From an uncultured Spirochaetota bacterium (GTDB lineage: Bacteria > Spirochaetota > Spirochaetia > SZUA-6 > CAVTHK01), in NCBI GenBank assembly GCA_963734495.1, contig CAVTHK010000001.1, positions 32,001 to 96,000 on the forward strand: a DNA stretch of 64,000 nt, read 5' to 3'. Positions 39,539 through 49,374 of the stretch are shown one piece after another. Every line of letters begins with the position of its first letter. The stretch's first letter is position 1. Under the pieces are notes generated by a model. It ran no database searches, was not told the origin of the DNA, and worked only from the letters and a program-made list of their open reading frames with translations. The position numbers and the translations under genes are program-made.

Positions 39539-40187
39539 AGCAGGAAAGCAGATCCGCCGGCCGTTCGATCGTGACGGCTGCGCCGGTCCGCTCCAGCTCG
39601 TCGCGCGGACGGAAACCCCACAGGACGCCGACCGTGTACATACCTGCGGCATGGCCCGTAAGCATGTCGGCGTCGCTGTCTCCGGCGTAGAGGACATCGG
39701 AAGCCGGCACGCGCCACGCCCGCGCGATCTGCAGGGCCGCCTCCGGATCCGGCTTGTGCGGCCGGCCCTCGCGCGATCCGATGACGGGATCGAAAGGCCA
39801 GGCGGAGAAGAACCGCGCGGCGATGAGCCTGGTGAAACGATCCGGCTTGTTGGATAGAATGCCCAGGCGCACGCCCCTGATTGCCAGTCCTTCGAGCATC
39901 TCGGCGATCCCCGGGTACGGCCGGCTCGCGTCCGCCCAGTGCGCCTCGTACTCCGCCTGCATCTCGCCCATCAGCCGCTCGACGAGACCGCTGTCCTCCC
40001 GCCGGTTCTCCGGCAGAACCCGCTGCGCCAGCAGCCTCACCCCGTTGCCGATGAACCTTCGATAGGCATCGACCGGGTGAGCCGGGAAGCCGTTGCGCCG
40101 CAGCGCCCGGTTCATGGAGTCGGCGACATCCTGCAGCGAGTCCAGAAGCGTCCCGTCCAGGTCGAAGATCGCGCCGGAGTAAATCAT
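39528..40187 (-). CDS. HAD-family phosphatase (phosphoglycolate-phosphatase-like)
   Basis: FDLDGTL, LSNK, KPDP, GDSDAD, LWGFR. Confidence 0.9.
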   Translation of the reverse strand: MIYSGAIFDLDGTLLDSLQDVADSMNRALRRNGFPAHPVDAYRRFIGNGVRLLAQRVLPENRREDSGLVERLMGEMQAEYEAHWADASRPYPGIAEMLEGLAIRGVRLGILSNKPDRFTRLIAARFFSAWPFDPVIGSREGRPHKPDPEAALQIARAWRVPASDVLYAGDSDADMLTGHAAGMYTVGVLWGFRPRDELERTGAAVTIERPADLLSCFTA

Positions 40188-40327
40188 CGATCGGGAGCAT
40201 ACCGCGTCACCCGGCCGACGCGCCACAGGTCGGGGCGCCTCGCGAGCGGAGGGTAGCAGCCGCCGGCTCGTCCGCAACCCGCTTGACTCGCTCGCGATCA
40301 CGCATCAAAGTAAGGCAGCTGGTGCGA

Positions 40328-40933
40328 ATGGGCAACAACGATATCGTAGCGGGATTCGACGACGAGGCAGATGACAGGCTCGCGATCCGCCTGGAGAAGG
40401 TGGACGGCGTAGACGCCTGCCTGCTTATCTACCTCGACGGCAACGTCGACACGTACAATGCCAACACCTTTCTCAAGCGCGTCCGCAAGGCTATCGAGAC
40501 CGGGTACACCAAACTGATCCTCCACTGCGCCGGCCTCGGCGTCGTGTCATCGGACATCTTCGGCTGCTTCGCGGACTTCCTCAAGAAGGTCAAGCCCAAG
40601 GGCGGCGACCTCGTCCTGCTGCAGATCCAGCCCAAGGTCTACGAGGTCTTTCAACTGCTGGGCCTGTCGCGCTTCTACAACATCAGGGACACTCTCGATG
40701 AAGCGGTGGCCTTCTTCAAGGGCGGTGCCGGAGCAACGGACGGGGCACCGCCCCGAGCCACGGGCGGACCCGCGAAACCGGCGGCCTCCGGGAAGGCGGG
40801 GACCGTCCCCAAAGTCTTCACCTGTCCCGTCTGCGAAACCAGGTTGAAGGCGTCGGGTCCCGGACGATTCCGGTGCTCCAGCTGCAAGACAGTGCTCGTC
40901 CTCGACCAGGACGGCCGGGTCGCCCGGGCATAG
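40328..40933 (+). CDS. Anti-sigma-factor antagonist (STAS) with C-terminal Zn-ribbon
   Basis: YLDGNVDTYN, VVSSD, GGDLVLLQIQPKVYEVFQLLG; CPVC..CSSC. Confidence 0.85.
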   Translation: MGNNDIVAGFDDEADDRLAIRLEKVDGVDACLLIYLDGNVDTYNANTFLKRVRKAIETGYTKLILHCAGLGVVSSDIFGCFADFLKKVKPKGGDLVLLQIQPKVYEVFQLLGLSRFYNIRDTLDEAVAFFKGGAGATDGAPPRATGGPAKPAASGKAGTVPKVFTCPVCETRLKASGPGRFRCSSCKTVLVLDQDGRVARA

Positions 40934-40989
40934 TCCGGGCGCGCTCCGCCGCGCCCGGTCCGGCGGGAGCGGCGCGAGCTGCGGCCTCC

Positions 40990-41577
40990 GTGACCCGCCT
41001 CGATCGCGACGCGTTCAACCAGCCTACCTTGCGAGCAGCGCAGAGCCTCCTCGGCAAATTCCTCGTGCGCGCTGTCCGCGGCAGGCAGATCTCCGCGATG
41101 ATCGCCGAAGTGGAAGCGTACAAAGGGCCGGCCGACAGGGCATCGCACGCCTGGGGAGGGCGGAGGACGCCGCGAACGGAGGTGCTCTACACCGAAGCAG
41201 GCAGGGCGTACATCTACCTGGCTTACGGCATCCACTGGCTGCTGAACCTGACCACGGGCGAGCGAGGCAGGCCCGAATGCGTCCTGATCAGGGCCGCCGT
41301 CGCGGAGCAGGAGGGGAGGAAGATCATTCTCAAGGGACCCGGCCTGTTGACCAGGCACCTGAAGATCGACGGGAAGCTGCGCGGCGTCGATGTCACGGGA
41401 TCGCGCGAGCTGTGGGTCGAGGACCGGGGGATACTCATCCGCGCTCGCGACGTGAGGAAAGGGCCGCGCGTCGGCATCGACTACGCGGGAGCCTGGTGGT
41501 CGTCGCGACCGTGGCGATACTGGATCGACGGAACGCCCGGCCTGCGTCGAAGCTCACCCGGGCGCGAGACGCGTTGA
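40990..41577 (+). CDS. mpg: DNA-3-methyladenine glycosylase (AAG/MPG family)
   Basis: LLGK, EVEAY..DRASHA, YIYLAYGIHWLLN, VLIRA, GPGLL, PRVGIDYA. Confidence 0.9.
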   Translation: MTRLDRDAFNQPTLRAAQSLLGKFLVRAVRGRQISAMIAEVEAYKGPADRASHAWGGRRTPRTEVLYTEAGRAYIYLAYGIHWLLNLTTGERGRPECVLIRAAVAEQEGRKIILKGPGLLTRHLKIDGKLRGVDVTGSRELWVEDRGILIRARDVRKGPRVGIDYAGAWWSSRPWRYWIDGTPGLRRSSPGRETR

Positions 41578-41647
41578 CCGCGGGGAAGCCGGCCGGGCGC
41601 GGCCGGGCGGCCCGAGAGCCGTGCAGCCGCGCCGCGAACGCCTTCTC

Positions 41648-42091
41648 CTACCACAATCTGGGAAGTGCCTTCCCGACCTCCATCAGGCTCTTGAGGCTGG
41701 AGAGCACCTTGGGCCATCCGTCCGAGATGCCCTCGAGCATCTCCGCGTCCCCATCGAGCCGGTCGTGCGTCACGGTCAGGCGGACGACGTCGCCCATCGG
41801 CTCGAGCTCGAGGGTCACGCGCGAGTGCTTCTCCTCCCGCGCCTCGTCGGCCGGGCGACCCCACGTGAGCACGAGGCGCCGCGGCGGCGAGAACTCGATG
41901 ACTTTGCCGACCATGAGCACTTCGGCCGTGCCGTCCATGGTCCGATGCTCCCACCTGGCACCGGGCTTCCAGTCGGCGAAGTTCGCGTTTTGCCAGTACT
42001 TGGTCGTCGTCTCGGGCTCGATGAGCGCCTTGAATATCTTTTCCGGCGAAGCCGAGATGTAGGTGACGTATACGAATTGGGGCTTATCCAT
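41648..42091 (-). CDS. SRPBCC (AHSA1-like) protein
   Basis: FVYVTYI, ADWKPG, PPRRLVLTW, GWPKVLSSLKSLME. Confidence 0.88.
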   Translation of the reverse strand: MDKPQFVYVTYISASPEKIFKALIEPETTTKYWQNANFADWKPGARWEHRTMDGTAEVLMVGKVIEFSPPRRLVLTWGRPADEAREEKHSRVTLELEPMGDVVRLTVTHDRLDGDAEMLEGISDGWPKVLSSLKSLMEVGKALPRLW

Positions 42092-42407
42092 GCGGATCTC
42101 CTTCCACCCTGGTTTTGAGGTCACGCAAGGCGTCCAGGCGATGAAGCTCGTACCGTTCGATCCAACGGACGTATATCTCGTGAATGGGGACCGGGTTGAG
42201 GTAGTGCAGCTTTTCACGGCCCCGGCGGATGGTCGCAATCAGGTTGGCGTCCTCCAGTCGCCCCAGGTGCTGCGTCACCGCCTGGCGGGTCATGTCGAGG
42301 TTTCTGCAGAGCTCTCCCAGGGTCTGCCCGCTTTCTGCCCGTAGAGCGTCCAGGAGACGCCTTCGTGTCGGATCGGCGAGTGCCTTGAACACCTTGTCGA
42401 TGTCCAC
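42084..42407 (-). CDS. ArsR/SmtB family regulator
   Basis: FKALADPTRRRLL, MTRQAVTQHL, RRGREKLHYLN. Confidence 0.9.
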   Translation of the reverse strand: MDIDKVFKALADPTRRRLLDALRAESGQTLGELCRNLDMTRQAVTQHLGRLEDANLIATIRRGREKLHYLNPVPIHEIYVRWIERYELHRLDALRDLKTRVEGDPHG

Positions 42408-42413
42408 TCACGA

Positions 42414-42443
42414 AATATATGCAAGCATATACTTGCATGTCAA
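42414..42443 (-). promoter_or_regulatory. Sigma-70 promoter with ArsR operator in its spacer
   Basis: TTGACA-18-TATATT; palindrome ATGCAAG-catata-CTTGCAT (42419-42438); GTG 6 nt after the -10 box. Confidence 0.75.
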
Positions 42444-42508
42444 GTGCAGGGGCGGCGATGACGTAGAGGCCACGCGCTTCAGGGGCAGGTTGAAGGTATT
42501 CTGGCCGC

Positions 42509-43387
42509 TCAGCCCTTGAGGGCACCGACCATGACGCCCTTTACGAAGTAGCGCTGCAGGAACGGGTAGAGCGCGAGCACGGGAAGCGACGCGATGATGA
42601 TCAGCGAGTACCGCATGAGGTCCGCGACCCGCTGCATCTCCTGGAGGGTCTTGGCGTCGTCCACGGATCCCGTTACCTGCTGACCCAGCAGGATGTCGCG
42701 CAGGACGAGCTGCAGCGGGTACTTGTCGTAGTCGCGGAGGTAGATGAGGCCCTGGAAGAACGAGTTCCAGTGGCCGACCGAGTAGAAGAGCGCGAGCACC
42801 GCTATGATCGCGCCGGAAAGGGGTACGGCCACGGACCAGAAGAAGCGCGTGTACGAGCAGCCGTCTACGAGCGACGCCTCCAGGAGCTCCTGCGGGATGT
42901 TCGACTGGAGGTACGTGCGGGCAATGATGAGATTCCAGGCCGAGACCGCGTTCGGGATCACCATGGCCCAGAGCGTGTTCGTCATCCCGAGGCCCTTGAC
43001 GATCAGGTAGACAGGAATGAGACCGCCGCTGAACAGCATCGTGAATACGATCAGACGCATGATGAGGTTGCGGCCGTACATCTCGCGCCGCGAGAGCGCA
43101 TAACCGGCGGTCATTGTGAGGGTTACGTTGATGCAGGTGCCGAGCCCGGTGTAGACGATCGTGTTCCTGTAGCCGGCCCAGATCTTCGATTCCCGGAACG
43201 TGCGAGTGTAGCCTTCGAGCATCATCTCACGCGGATAGAAGATCACCTTGCCCGTGTTGACGAGGTCCGGGTTGCTGAAGGACGCGATGATGACGAAGTA
43301 GAGCGGGTAGAGAATCGTCAGAAAGAAGACGGTGATCAGAACGTAGTTGACGGCGTCGAAGACGCGGTCGGACGCTGACTGCTTCAT
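42509..43387 (-). CDS. Carbohydrate ABC permease (LplC-like)
   Basis: FSGGLIP, LLEASLVDGC, YPFLQRYFVKG. Confidence 0.93.
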   Translation of the reverse strand: MKQSASDRVFDAVNYVLITVFFLTILYPLYFVIIASFSNPDLVNTGKVIFYPREMMLEGYTRTFRESKIWAGYRNTIVYTGLGTCINVTLTMTAGYALSRREMYGRNLIMRLIVFTMLFSGGLIPVYLIVKGLGMTNTLWAMVIPNAVSAWNLIIARTYLQSNIPQELLEASLVDGCSYTRFFWSVAVPLSGAIIAVLALFYSVGHWNSFFQGLIYLRDYDKYPLQLVLRDILLGQQVTGSVDDAKTLQEMQRVADLMRYSLIIIASLPVLALYPFLQRYFVKGVMVGALKG

Positions 43388-43400
43388 GCCCGCTCCAGTA

Positions 43401-44348
43401 CTACCACAGGCTCGTCTCCCCGAACGAGCGAGCGACGCGGTTGACGATCAGGATCATGATCAGGTTCACCGCCGAGTTGAAGACGCCGACCGCCGCGCCA
43501 AAGCTGAACTGCGCGCCCACCAGACCCACCTTGTAGACGTAGGTCGAGATGATCTCGGACATGTCCAGGTTGAGCGGCGTCTGCATCAGGAACGCCTTTT
43601 CGAAGCCGATCGACATGATCGTTCCGGTCCGCAGGATCAGCAGGACGGTGACGGTCGGCAGGATCCCGGGGATGTCGATGTGGAGAATTCGCTGAAGCTT
43701 GCCAGCGCCGTCGATGGTGGCCGCTTCGTAGAGCTCCGGGTTGACGCCCGCCAGGGTCGCCAGGTAGATGATGGCGCCCCACCCAGTCTCCTGCCAGACG
43801 TCCGAGATCACGTAAACGGACCGAAACCACGCGGCGCTGCCCATGAAGTAAATGCGCTTTCCGCCCAGCGCGTCGATGAGGATGTTCACGATACCCGTGG
43901 AGGGAGAAGTAAAGATGAAGATGATCCCGACGAACACCACCGTGGAGATAAAGTGAGGCGCGTAGGAGATCGTCTGGACCATCTTGCGGTACCGGCCCTG
44001 CCGCATCTGGTTCAGGAGCAGCGCAAAGACCACCGGCACCGGAAAACCGAAGACCAGGTTGAGGAGGCTCAGGACGACCGTGTTGGTCAGGAGAGGCCAG
44101 AAGAACGCCGAGTTGAAGAAGCGCTTGAACTGCGCGAGGCCGACCCAGGGGCTCCCCCAGATGCCAAGCGCCCCGAGGTAGTCCCGGAACGCGATCTGCA
44201 CGCCGTACATCGGACCGTAGTGGAAGATGAGGTAGTAGAGCAGCGTCGGAAGCAGAAAGAGATACAGCTCGTAGTGGCGCCGGATCTCCTTGACCGCGCT
44301 GAGGCGCGCCCTGGGGGCGGGTTTCCGTGCTTCGCTGCGTGACGACAT
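43401..44348 (-). CDS. Carbohydrate ABC permease (LplB-like)
   Basis: SPWVG, YAPHFIS, LYEAATIDGA. Confidence 0.93.
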   Translation of the reverse strand: MSSRSEARKPAPRARLSAVKEIRRHYELYLFLLPTLLYYLIFHYGPMYGVQIAFRDYLGALGIWGSPWVGLAQFKRFFNSAFFWPLLTNTVVLSLLNLVFGFPVPVVFALLLNQMRQGRYRKMVQTISYAPHFISTVVFVGIIFIFTSPSTGIVNILIDALGGKRIYFMGSAAWFRSVYVISDVWQETGWGAIIYLATLAGVNPELYEAATIDGAGKLQRILHIDIPGILPTVTVLLILRTGTIMSIGFEKAFLMQTPLNLDMSEIISTYVYKVGLVGAQFSFGAAVGVFNSAVNLIMILIVNRVARSFGETSLW

Positions 44349-44440
44349 GACTGACTCTCGGCCCTTCCGGAGGCACAGGCAATAGCCCGGCACCGCGAGG
44401 GCGGTGCCGGGCCGTGTCGCTTACGGAAACAGGCGAACCC

Positions 44441-46027
44441 CTACTTCTGGCGGTCGAACCCTGCCTGGCGGATCTGCAGCATCTTGTTGACGCCAAGCTT
44501 GTCCATCTGCTTGAGGTAGTCGTCCCACTCCGCCTCGACACCGCCCTGGGTGATCCACTTGGCCTGCGTCTTGGTGAAGTAGCTGCGCAGGTCGGTGTCG
44601 ATCTGGTTCAGCTGCTTCATGTCCTCGGGCGCCATCAGCGGGTAGGTCCAGAACTCCTTGGGCCAGTAGGGCACGTAATTCTGGTCGATCGTGGTGCCCT
44701 TGACCTCATAGAGTGGTGCCGGGAAGATCGTGCGGTACATCTCCATCGTGGCGGCCAGCGGCACGTCGGGCTGGGTCTCGGCGAAGCGCCACTGCTGCGT
44801 GGTGACCCCAGCGGGCGGATCCTTCATCGTCACGACGCCGTTGGCGTCCTTGACCAGGCGGCTGCCGATCATGCCCTCGATCCACTCCATCGAGGCGTAG
44901 GGGTCGTAGATCGCGTCGACCCAGCGCACCGTCACCTCGGGGTACTTGTCGACCTTGGTGATGGCCATGTGGTTGCGGTTCCAGCCGGGGTAGGGCTGGC
45001 GGTAGACCGCCGGCTTGGAGACGCCGGGAGCCGTGAAGAACTGCAGGGGCGTGTAGTCCTTCTGCCGCTGGTCGGTCGGGCTGAAGATGTCGTTCAGGTT
45101 CCAGTGCGAGATCACGCCATAGGTCGGCGGCATGGCCTGGATCTTGGCGTTGATCTGGTTGTAGGTCAGCGTGTAGGCCTCCGGCTCGATGAGCCCCGCC
45201 TTCCACAACTTGTTCAGGTAGGCCGTTGCCAGCTTGAAGCGCTCGTCGACGGGGCCGAACTTGACCTTGCCGTTCTCCACGAACAGGTGGGCCGTCCCGG
45301 GGTCCGTCGAGTCGGCCGTCGGCAGGCCAAAGGCGTAGTAGACGAACCAGGGCTGCGACTGTTTGACGGCGTTCGCGTCGCCCAGGGCCATGGAGATCGG
45401 AACGATCCTGGGATCCATGCGCTTGAAGGCCACCATCAGGTCGTAAAACTCGTCGGTGGTCTTCGGCATCGCCTTGCCGAGCTTGTCGACCCAGGGCTTG
45501 TAGATACCGTGGATGCTGAACTGACGCATCCAGCTTCCCTCGTTCAAGCGCGCAAAGGTGTACGTGTTGCCGTCGGGAGCCATGGTGAACTTCTTGATGT
45601 CCGGCTTCTGCGCGATGACCTTTTTGTAGTTGGGCGCGTACTTCTCGATCAGGTTCTGCAGCGGGATGAACACCTTGGCCGCGCCGTACGTCACGATGTC
45701 AAAGTCCGTCAGGTTGGTCGCAAAAGCGTCGGGCAGGTCGCCGCTGGCCAGTATCAGGTTCTTCTTCTCGTTGACGCCGGCGGCCGGGACCTCGATCCAG
45801 TCGACATGGACGTTGGTGAGCTTCTCATACTTCATGACGACCGGAAGCTCGTTGAAGGGTTTTACGTGCAGCGGGCCACGCACACCGAATATCTTGAGCG
45901 TCACCGGCTTATCCACTATGGGATAGCCGGTCTCATGGAACCCGGCCTTCGTCGCCTCGGTGCTGCCTTCAGCAAAAGCGGGGATCACGAGGGCGAGGAG
46001 GGCGATAGCGACTACGAACCTTCTCAT
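44441..46027 (-). CDS. ABC solute-binding protein
   Basis: Signal peptide; GYPIVDKPVTL, LILASGDLPD; AAGGAGG SD. Confidence 0.92.
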   Translation of the reverse strand: MRRFVVAIALLALVIPAFAEGSTEATKAGFHETGYPIVDKPVTLKIFGVRGPLHVKPFNELPVVMKYEKLTNVHVDWIEVPAAGVNEKKNLILASGDLPDAFATNLTDFDIVTYGAAKVFIPLQNLIEKYAPNYKKVIAQKPDIKKFTMAPDGNTYTFARLNEGSWMRQFSIHGIYKPWVDKLGKAMPKTTDEFYDLMVAFKRMDPRIVPISMALGDANAVKQSQPWFVYYAFGLPTADSTDPGTAHLFVENGKVKFGPVDERFKLATAYLNKLWKAGLIEPEAYTLTYNQINAKIQAMPPTYGVISHWNLNDIFSPTDQRQKDYTPLQFFTAPGVSKPAVYRQPYPGWNRNHMAITKVDKYPEVTVRWVDAIYDPYASMEWIEGMIGSRLVKDANGVVTMKDPPAGVTTQQWRFAETQPDVPLAATMEMYRTIFPAPLYEVKGTTIDQNYVPYWPKEFWTYPLMAPEDMKQLNQIDTDLRSYFTKTQAKWITQGGVEAEWDDYLKQMDKLGVNKMLQIRQAGFDRQK

Positions 46028-46161
46028 GAGCGTTTTCCTCCTTCGGATGGGCTACTCACGTACCATCGGGTATAGCACCGATGCGCGCGACGGGCAAGTG
46101 CGGGCACGGGCAGGCGCAGATCCCCTTTTCGGGGCCCGCGCCTGCCGCGCCGCCTTTCCGT

Positions 46162-47460
46162 CTACTTCGGCAGCCTGGCCAGCTCGTCGTTGAGCTTGGC
46201 CGTAGCCTCCTTGAGCGCCTGCTCCGCCGGCTTGGTGAGGCTCATGACCTCCTCGTAGGCGGTGTAGGCATACTTGCTGAACGTCGTCACCCAGGAAACG
46301 ATCGGGCGGCCCTTGCCGAACTTGACGTGCTCGATCGCAGCCGCGTTGAACTCGGGATCGGCCGTGATGAACTTCTGCTCCAGTGACTGCCTGATCGGCG
46401 TGTGTGCGAACTGCGAGAACCGGTCCCACATGTTTTCGGGGGAGAGGTAGAACTTGACGTACTCGAACGCCTCGTTCTTGTGCTTCGAGGAGGCGCCGAC
46501 CAGGAACAGCCGGTAACCGCAAAAGGAGGCCTGCTGCGTATTGCGCAGCACGGGCCCGAAACCGACCTTTTCCTTGAGCGCGGGGTTGTCCTTGAGCAGC
46601 GCGCGGATGCTGCCCTGCGAAACCATGCCCATGGCGCCGCGGGAGTTCCTGAAGGGCATCTCCCCGCCTTTCTGGGTGTCGTAGGGGAGGATGAGCTTGC
46701 GCCTCGCGTACTCGGCCATGTAATTGTAGGTCTCGATGGCTGACGGCTGATCGATCAGCGGCTTCTCGTTGATCTCGTCGATCGCCGGGTTCCCGTTCAT
46801 CCGGAGAAAGGCCTCGATCACCGTCATGTTCTTGTCGACCAGCGGCATGTCGAAGCCGGCGCGGGTGACCACGCCGTTCGGGTCCCTGACAACTGCCTTT
46901 TGCGCGGCCTCGAGGAGTCCCTTCCAGTCCCTGGGCGGGTTGGCCGGGTCGAGCCCCGCGTCCTTGAAGAAGTCCTTGCGGTAGACAAAGATCTCCGGCA
47001 CCGGGTACACGCCCATCCCGTACTGCTTGCCCTTGATCTTCCCAATGTCGACCGAGCTCTGGTAGAAGTCCTTGCGGTCCGCCATCCCTTCGACGTACGA
47101 GGTCAGCTCGGCGAGCTCTCCCTTGAACCCGTGGCTCCCCAGCATGATCAGCGGCACCAGCAGCAGGTCCGGGTACTGGCCGCTCAGCGTAAGGGCGTTG
47201 AGCTTCGCCTCGTTCTCCTGGATGTTGGTCATGTTGGCGATCTGCTCGACCTTGATGTTCGGGAACTTCGCCTCGAACTCCTTCTGCGTCTTGTCATAGT
47301 AAGCTTCCATCGCCGGGTTGCCGACCTCGGTGTTGTAAAAGGTCATCGTCACGGCCTGTTTCCCGGCCGCCTCCTGGCTTCCCGTCGCCATCGCCGCGCC
47401 CGTGCCGAGCAGCACGAAGACCGCGGCCGCAGCCGCAATTGCCCCGATTCCCCGTCTCAT
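46162..47460 (-). CDS. ABC solute-binding protein (UgpB/MalE-like)
   Basis: ATG 47460 after AGAGGAGG; YRKDFFKDAGLDP..PRDW. Confidence 0.9.
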   Translation of the reverse strand: MRRGIGAIAAAAAVFVLLGTGAAMATGSQEAAGKQAVTMTFYNTEVGNPAMEAYYDKTQKEFEAKFPNIKVEQIANMTNIQENEAKLNALTLSGQYPDLLLVPLIMLGSHGFKGELAELTSYVEGMADRKDFYQSSVDIGKIKGKQYGMGVYPVPEIFVYRKDFFKDAGLDPANPPRDWKGLLEAAQKAVVRDPNGVVTRAGFDMPLVDKNMTVIEAFLRMNGNPAIDEINEKPLIDQPSAIETYNYMAEYARRKLILPYDTQKGGEMPFRNSRGAMGMVSQGSIRALLKDNPALKEKVGFGPVLRNTQQASFCGYRLFLVGASSKHKNEAFEYVKFYLSPENMWDRFSQFAHTPIRQSLEQKFITADPEFNAAAIEHVKFGKGRPIVSWVTTFSKYAYTAYEEVMSLTKPAEQALKEATAKLNDELARLPK

Positions 47461-47525
47461 GCGATTCCTCCTCTCGAAACAGAATGTGCGCGCCGGCCCT
47501 GTTGGAGGGCTCACGCGATCCCTCA

Positions 47526-48419
47526 TCATCCCTTGACCCCTGTCGTGACGATCCCCTCCACGAAATACTTCTGCAGCGCGACGAACAGTATGATGATCGG
47601 CGCGACGATCAGCGCCGTCGCGGCCATGATGCTGTTCCACTCGACGGTGAACTCGTTTCTGAAGAACGAGAGCGCGAGCTGCACGGTCCTCAGCTCCCGC
47701 CTGTTGATCAGGAGCAGGGGCATCGTGTACTCGTTCCAGGTGTAGGTGGCCTTGAGCGCGATGAGCGTCGCGATCACCGGTGTATTGAGGGGCAGGTAGA
47801 TCCTGCGGTAGATGCCGAACCGCGAGAGCCCGTCGATCGTCGCCGCGTCGTCGAGCGCGGCCGGGAATCCCAGCATGAACTGCCGGAACAGGAACACCCC
47901 GAAGGAACCCGCAATGTTCGGCAGGATCAGGCCCATGTAGCTGTCGATAAAGCCCTTCCCGCCCTGCCCCAGCAGGTCGTTCCCGCCGGCGAGGGGAAAG
48001 AACTTCAGGATCACGTAGACGGGCAGCATCGTGACCTGCTGGGGGACCATGAGCCCGACGAGCGTGATGACAAAGAGCAGGTCGCGCCCGCGAAAGTGGA
48101 TGCGGGCGAACGCGTAGCCCGCCATCGAGTTGAGGACGAGGCTCGCGACCACGGCGGCGACCGTGACGATCAGGGAGTTCTTGAAGTACACCGCCCACGT
48201 TCCCGTCTTGAGCACGTTCAGGTAGTTGGAGAACAGGAGCTTCTTCGGAAAGAACGTGAAGGCGGGCGCCGTGATTTCCGCCATTGTCTTGAACGACGTG
48301 GAGAGCATGATGAAGAACGGGAACAGCATGAGCAAGGAGAGCAGAAACGCCGACGCGCTCAACGCCGATACGCTCAAAAGAGGTCGTCGCCTGCGGACCC
48401 GCGCGCTCGAAACCGGCAT
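47526..48419 (-). CDS. Carbohydrate ABC permease (UgpE/MalG-like)
   Basis: AGYAFAR, LDDAATIDG, QKYFVEG. Confidence 0.93.
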   Translation of the reverse strand: MPVSSARVRRRRPLLSVSALSASAFLLSLLMLFPFFIMLSTSFKTMAEITAPAFTFFPKKLLFSNYLNVLKTGTWAVYFKNSLIVTVAAVVASLVLNSMAGYAFARIHFRGRDLLFVITLVGLMVPQQVTMLPVYVILKFFPLAGGNDLLGQGGKGFIDSYMGLILPNIAGSFGVFLFRQFMLGFPAALDDAATIDGLSRFGIYRRIYLPLNTPVIATLIALKATYTWNEYTMPLLLINRRELRTVQLALSFFRNEFTVEWNSIMAATALIVAPIIILFVALQKYFVEGIVTTGVKG

Positions 48420-48429
48420 CTCTCGCTCC

Positions 48430-49362
48430 TCAGCGGAAATCGGAGTCCATCTTCTCGCTGCCGATGCGGAAGTTGAGCAGTGTCATGAGCAGCATCACCG
48501 CGATCAGCGCCACGGCGATCGCGGCGGCATACCCGATGAGGAGCTCCTGGAACGCCCTGATGTAGATCTGGTGCACGACCGTGGTCGTGCGGTTGAGGGG
48601 CCCGCCCGAGGTCATGACGTTCACCTGCTCGAAAACGTTGAAGGCCCCGATCGTTCCCGTCACGAACAGGAAGAAGATGACCGGCCGCAACATGGGCACG
48701 ACGATGTGCCAGGTCTTGGCCGCGCTCCCGGCGCCGTCGACTTCGGCGGCCTCGAGCATCTCGCGGGGTATGCCCTGCAGCCCCGCGAGAAAGATGATCA
48801 TGTTGTACCCGAGAGACTTCCAGACGCTCATCGCGATGATGCTGCCGAGCGCGAGCGAAGGGTTGTAGAGCCACTGCTGGGGCATCATGCCTAGAGCCGC
48901 CAGGACCCGATTGAAGATGCCCATGGACGGCTCGTACATCCAGATCCAGACGACGGAGACGGCCACCATCGAGGTCACGTTGGGGAGGTAGAATGCTGCG
49001 CGCGCGAACTTGATGATCGCGAGAGGCTTGTTGAACAGCAGCGCTACGAAGAAGCTGAGCACCATCGTGAAGGAGACGGTGAAAAGCATGTAGACAAAGG
49101 TGTTGGCGAAGGCCTTCTTCACCAGCTCGTCCTGGAACATGAACAGGTAATTCTTGAGCGCGATGAAGCGGATGCTGTGCAGGTCGTAGCTCGTGAAGCT
49201 GAGGACGAAGTTCACGAGCACCGGCAGGAAGACGAAGATGAGGAAGAAGGCATAGAACGGCAGGATCATCAGGTAGCCGGACATCGTGTCGGACTGCGTC
49301 CGCGAGAGCCTCACGCGTTTACCTCGCCGGGATACGATCTCACCTGCGGCGGCGCGCGTCAA
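48430..49362 (-). CDS. Carbohydrate ABC permease (UgpA/MalF-like)
   Basis: FLAGLQGIP, MLEAAEVDGA, MTSGGP. Confidence 0.93.
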   Translation of the reverse strand: MTRAAAGEIVSRRGKRVRLSRTQSDTMSGYLMILPFYAFFLIFVFLPVLVNFVLSFTSYDLHSIRFIALKNYLFMFQDELVKKAFANTFVYMLFTVSFTMVLSFFVALLFNKPLAIIKFARAAFYLPNVTSMVAVSVVWIWMYEPSMGIFNRVLAALGMMPQQWLYNPSLALGSIIAMSVWKSLGYNMIIFLAGLQGIPREMLEAAEVDGAGSAAKTWHIVVPMLRPVIFFLFVTGTIGAFNVFEQVNVMTSGGPLNRTTTVVHQIYIRAFQELLIGYAAAIAVALIAVMLLMTLLNFRIGSEKMDSDFR

Positions 49363-49374
49363 GAAAGCACCGCG

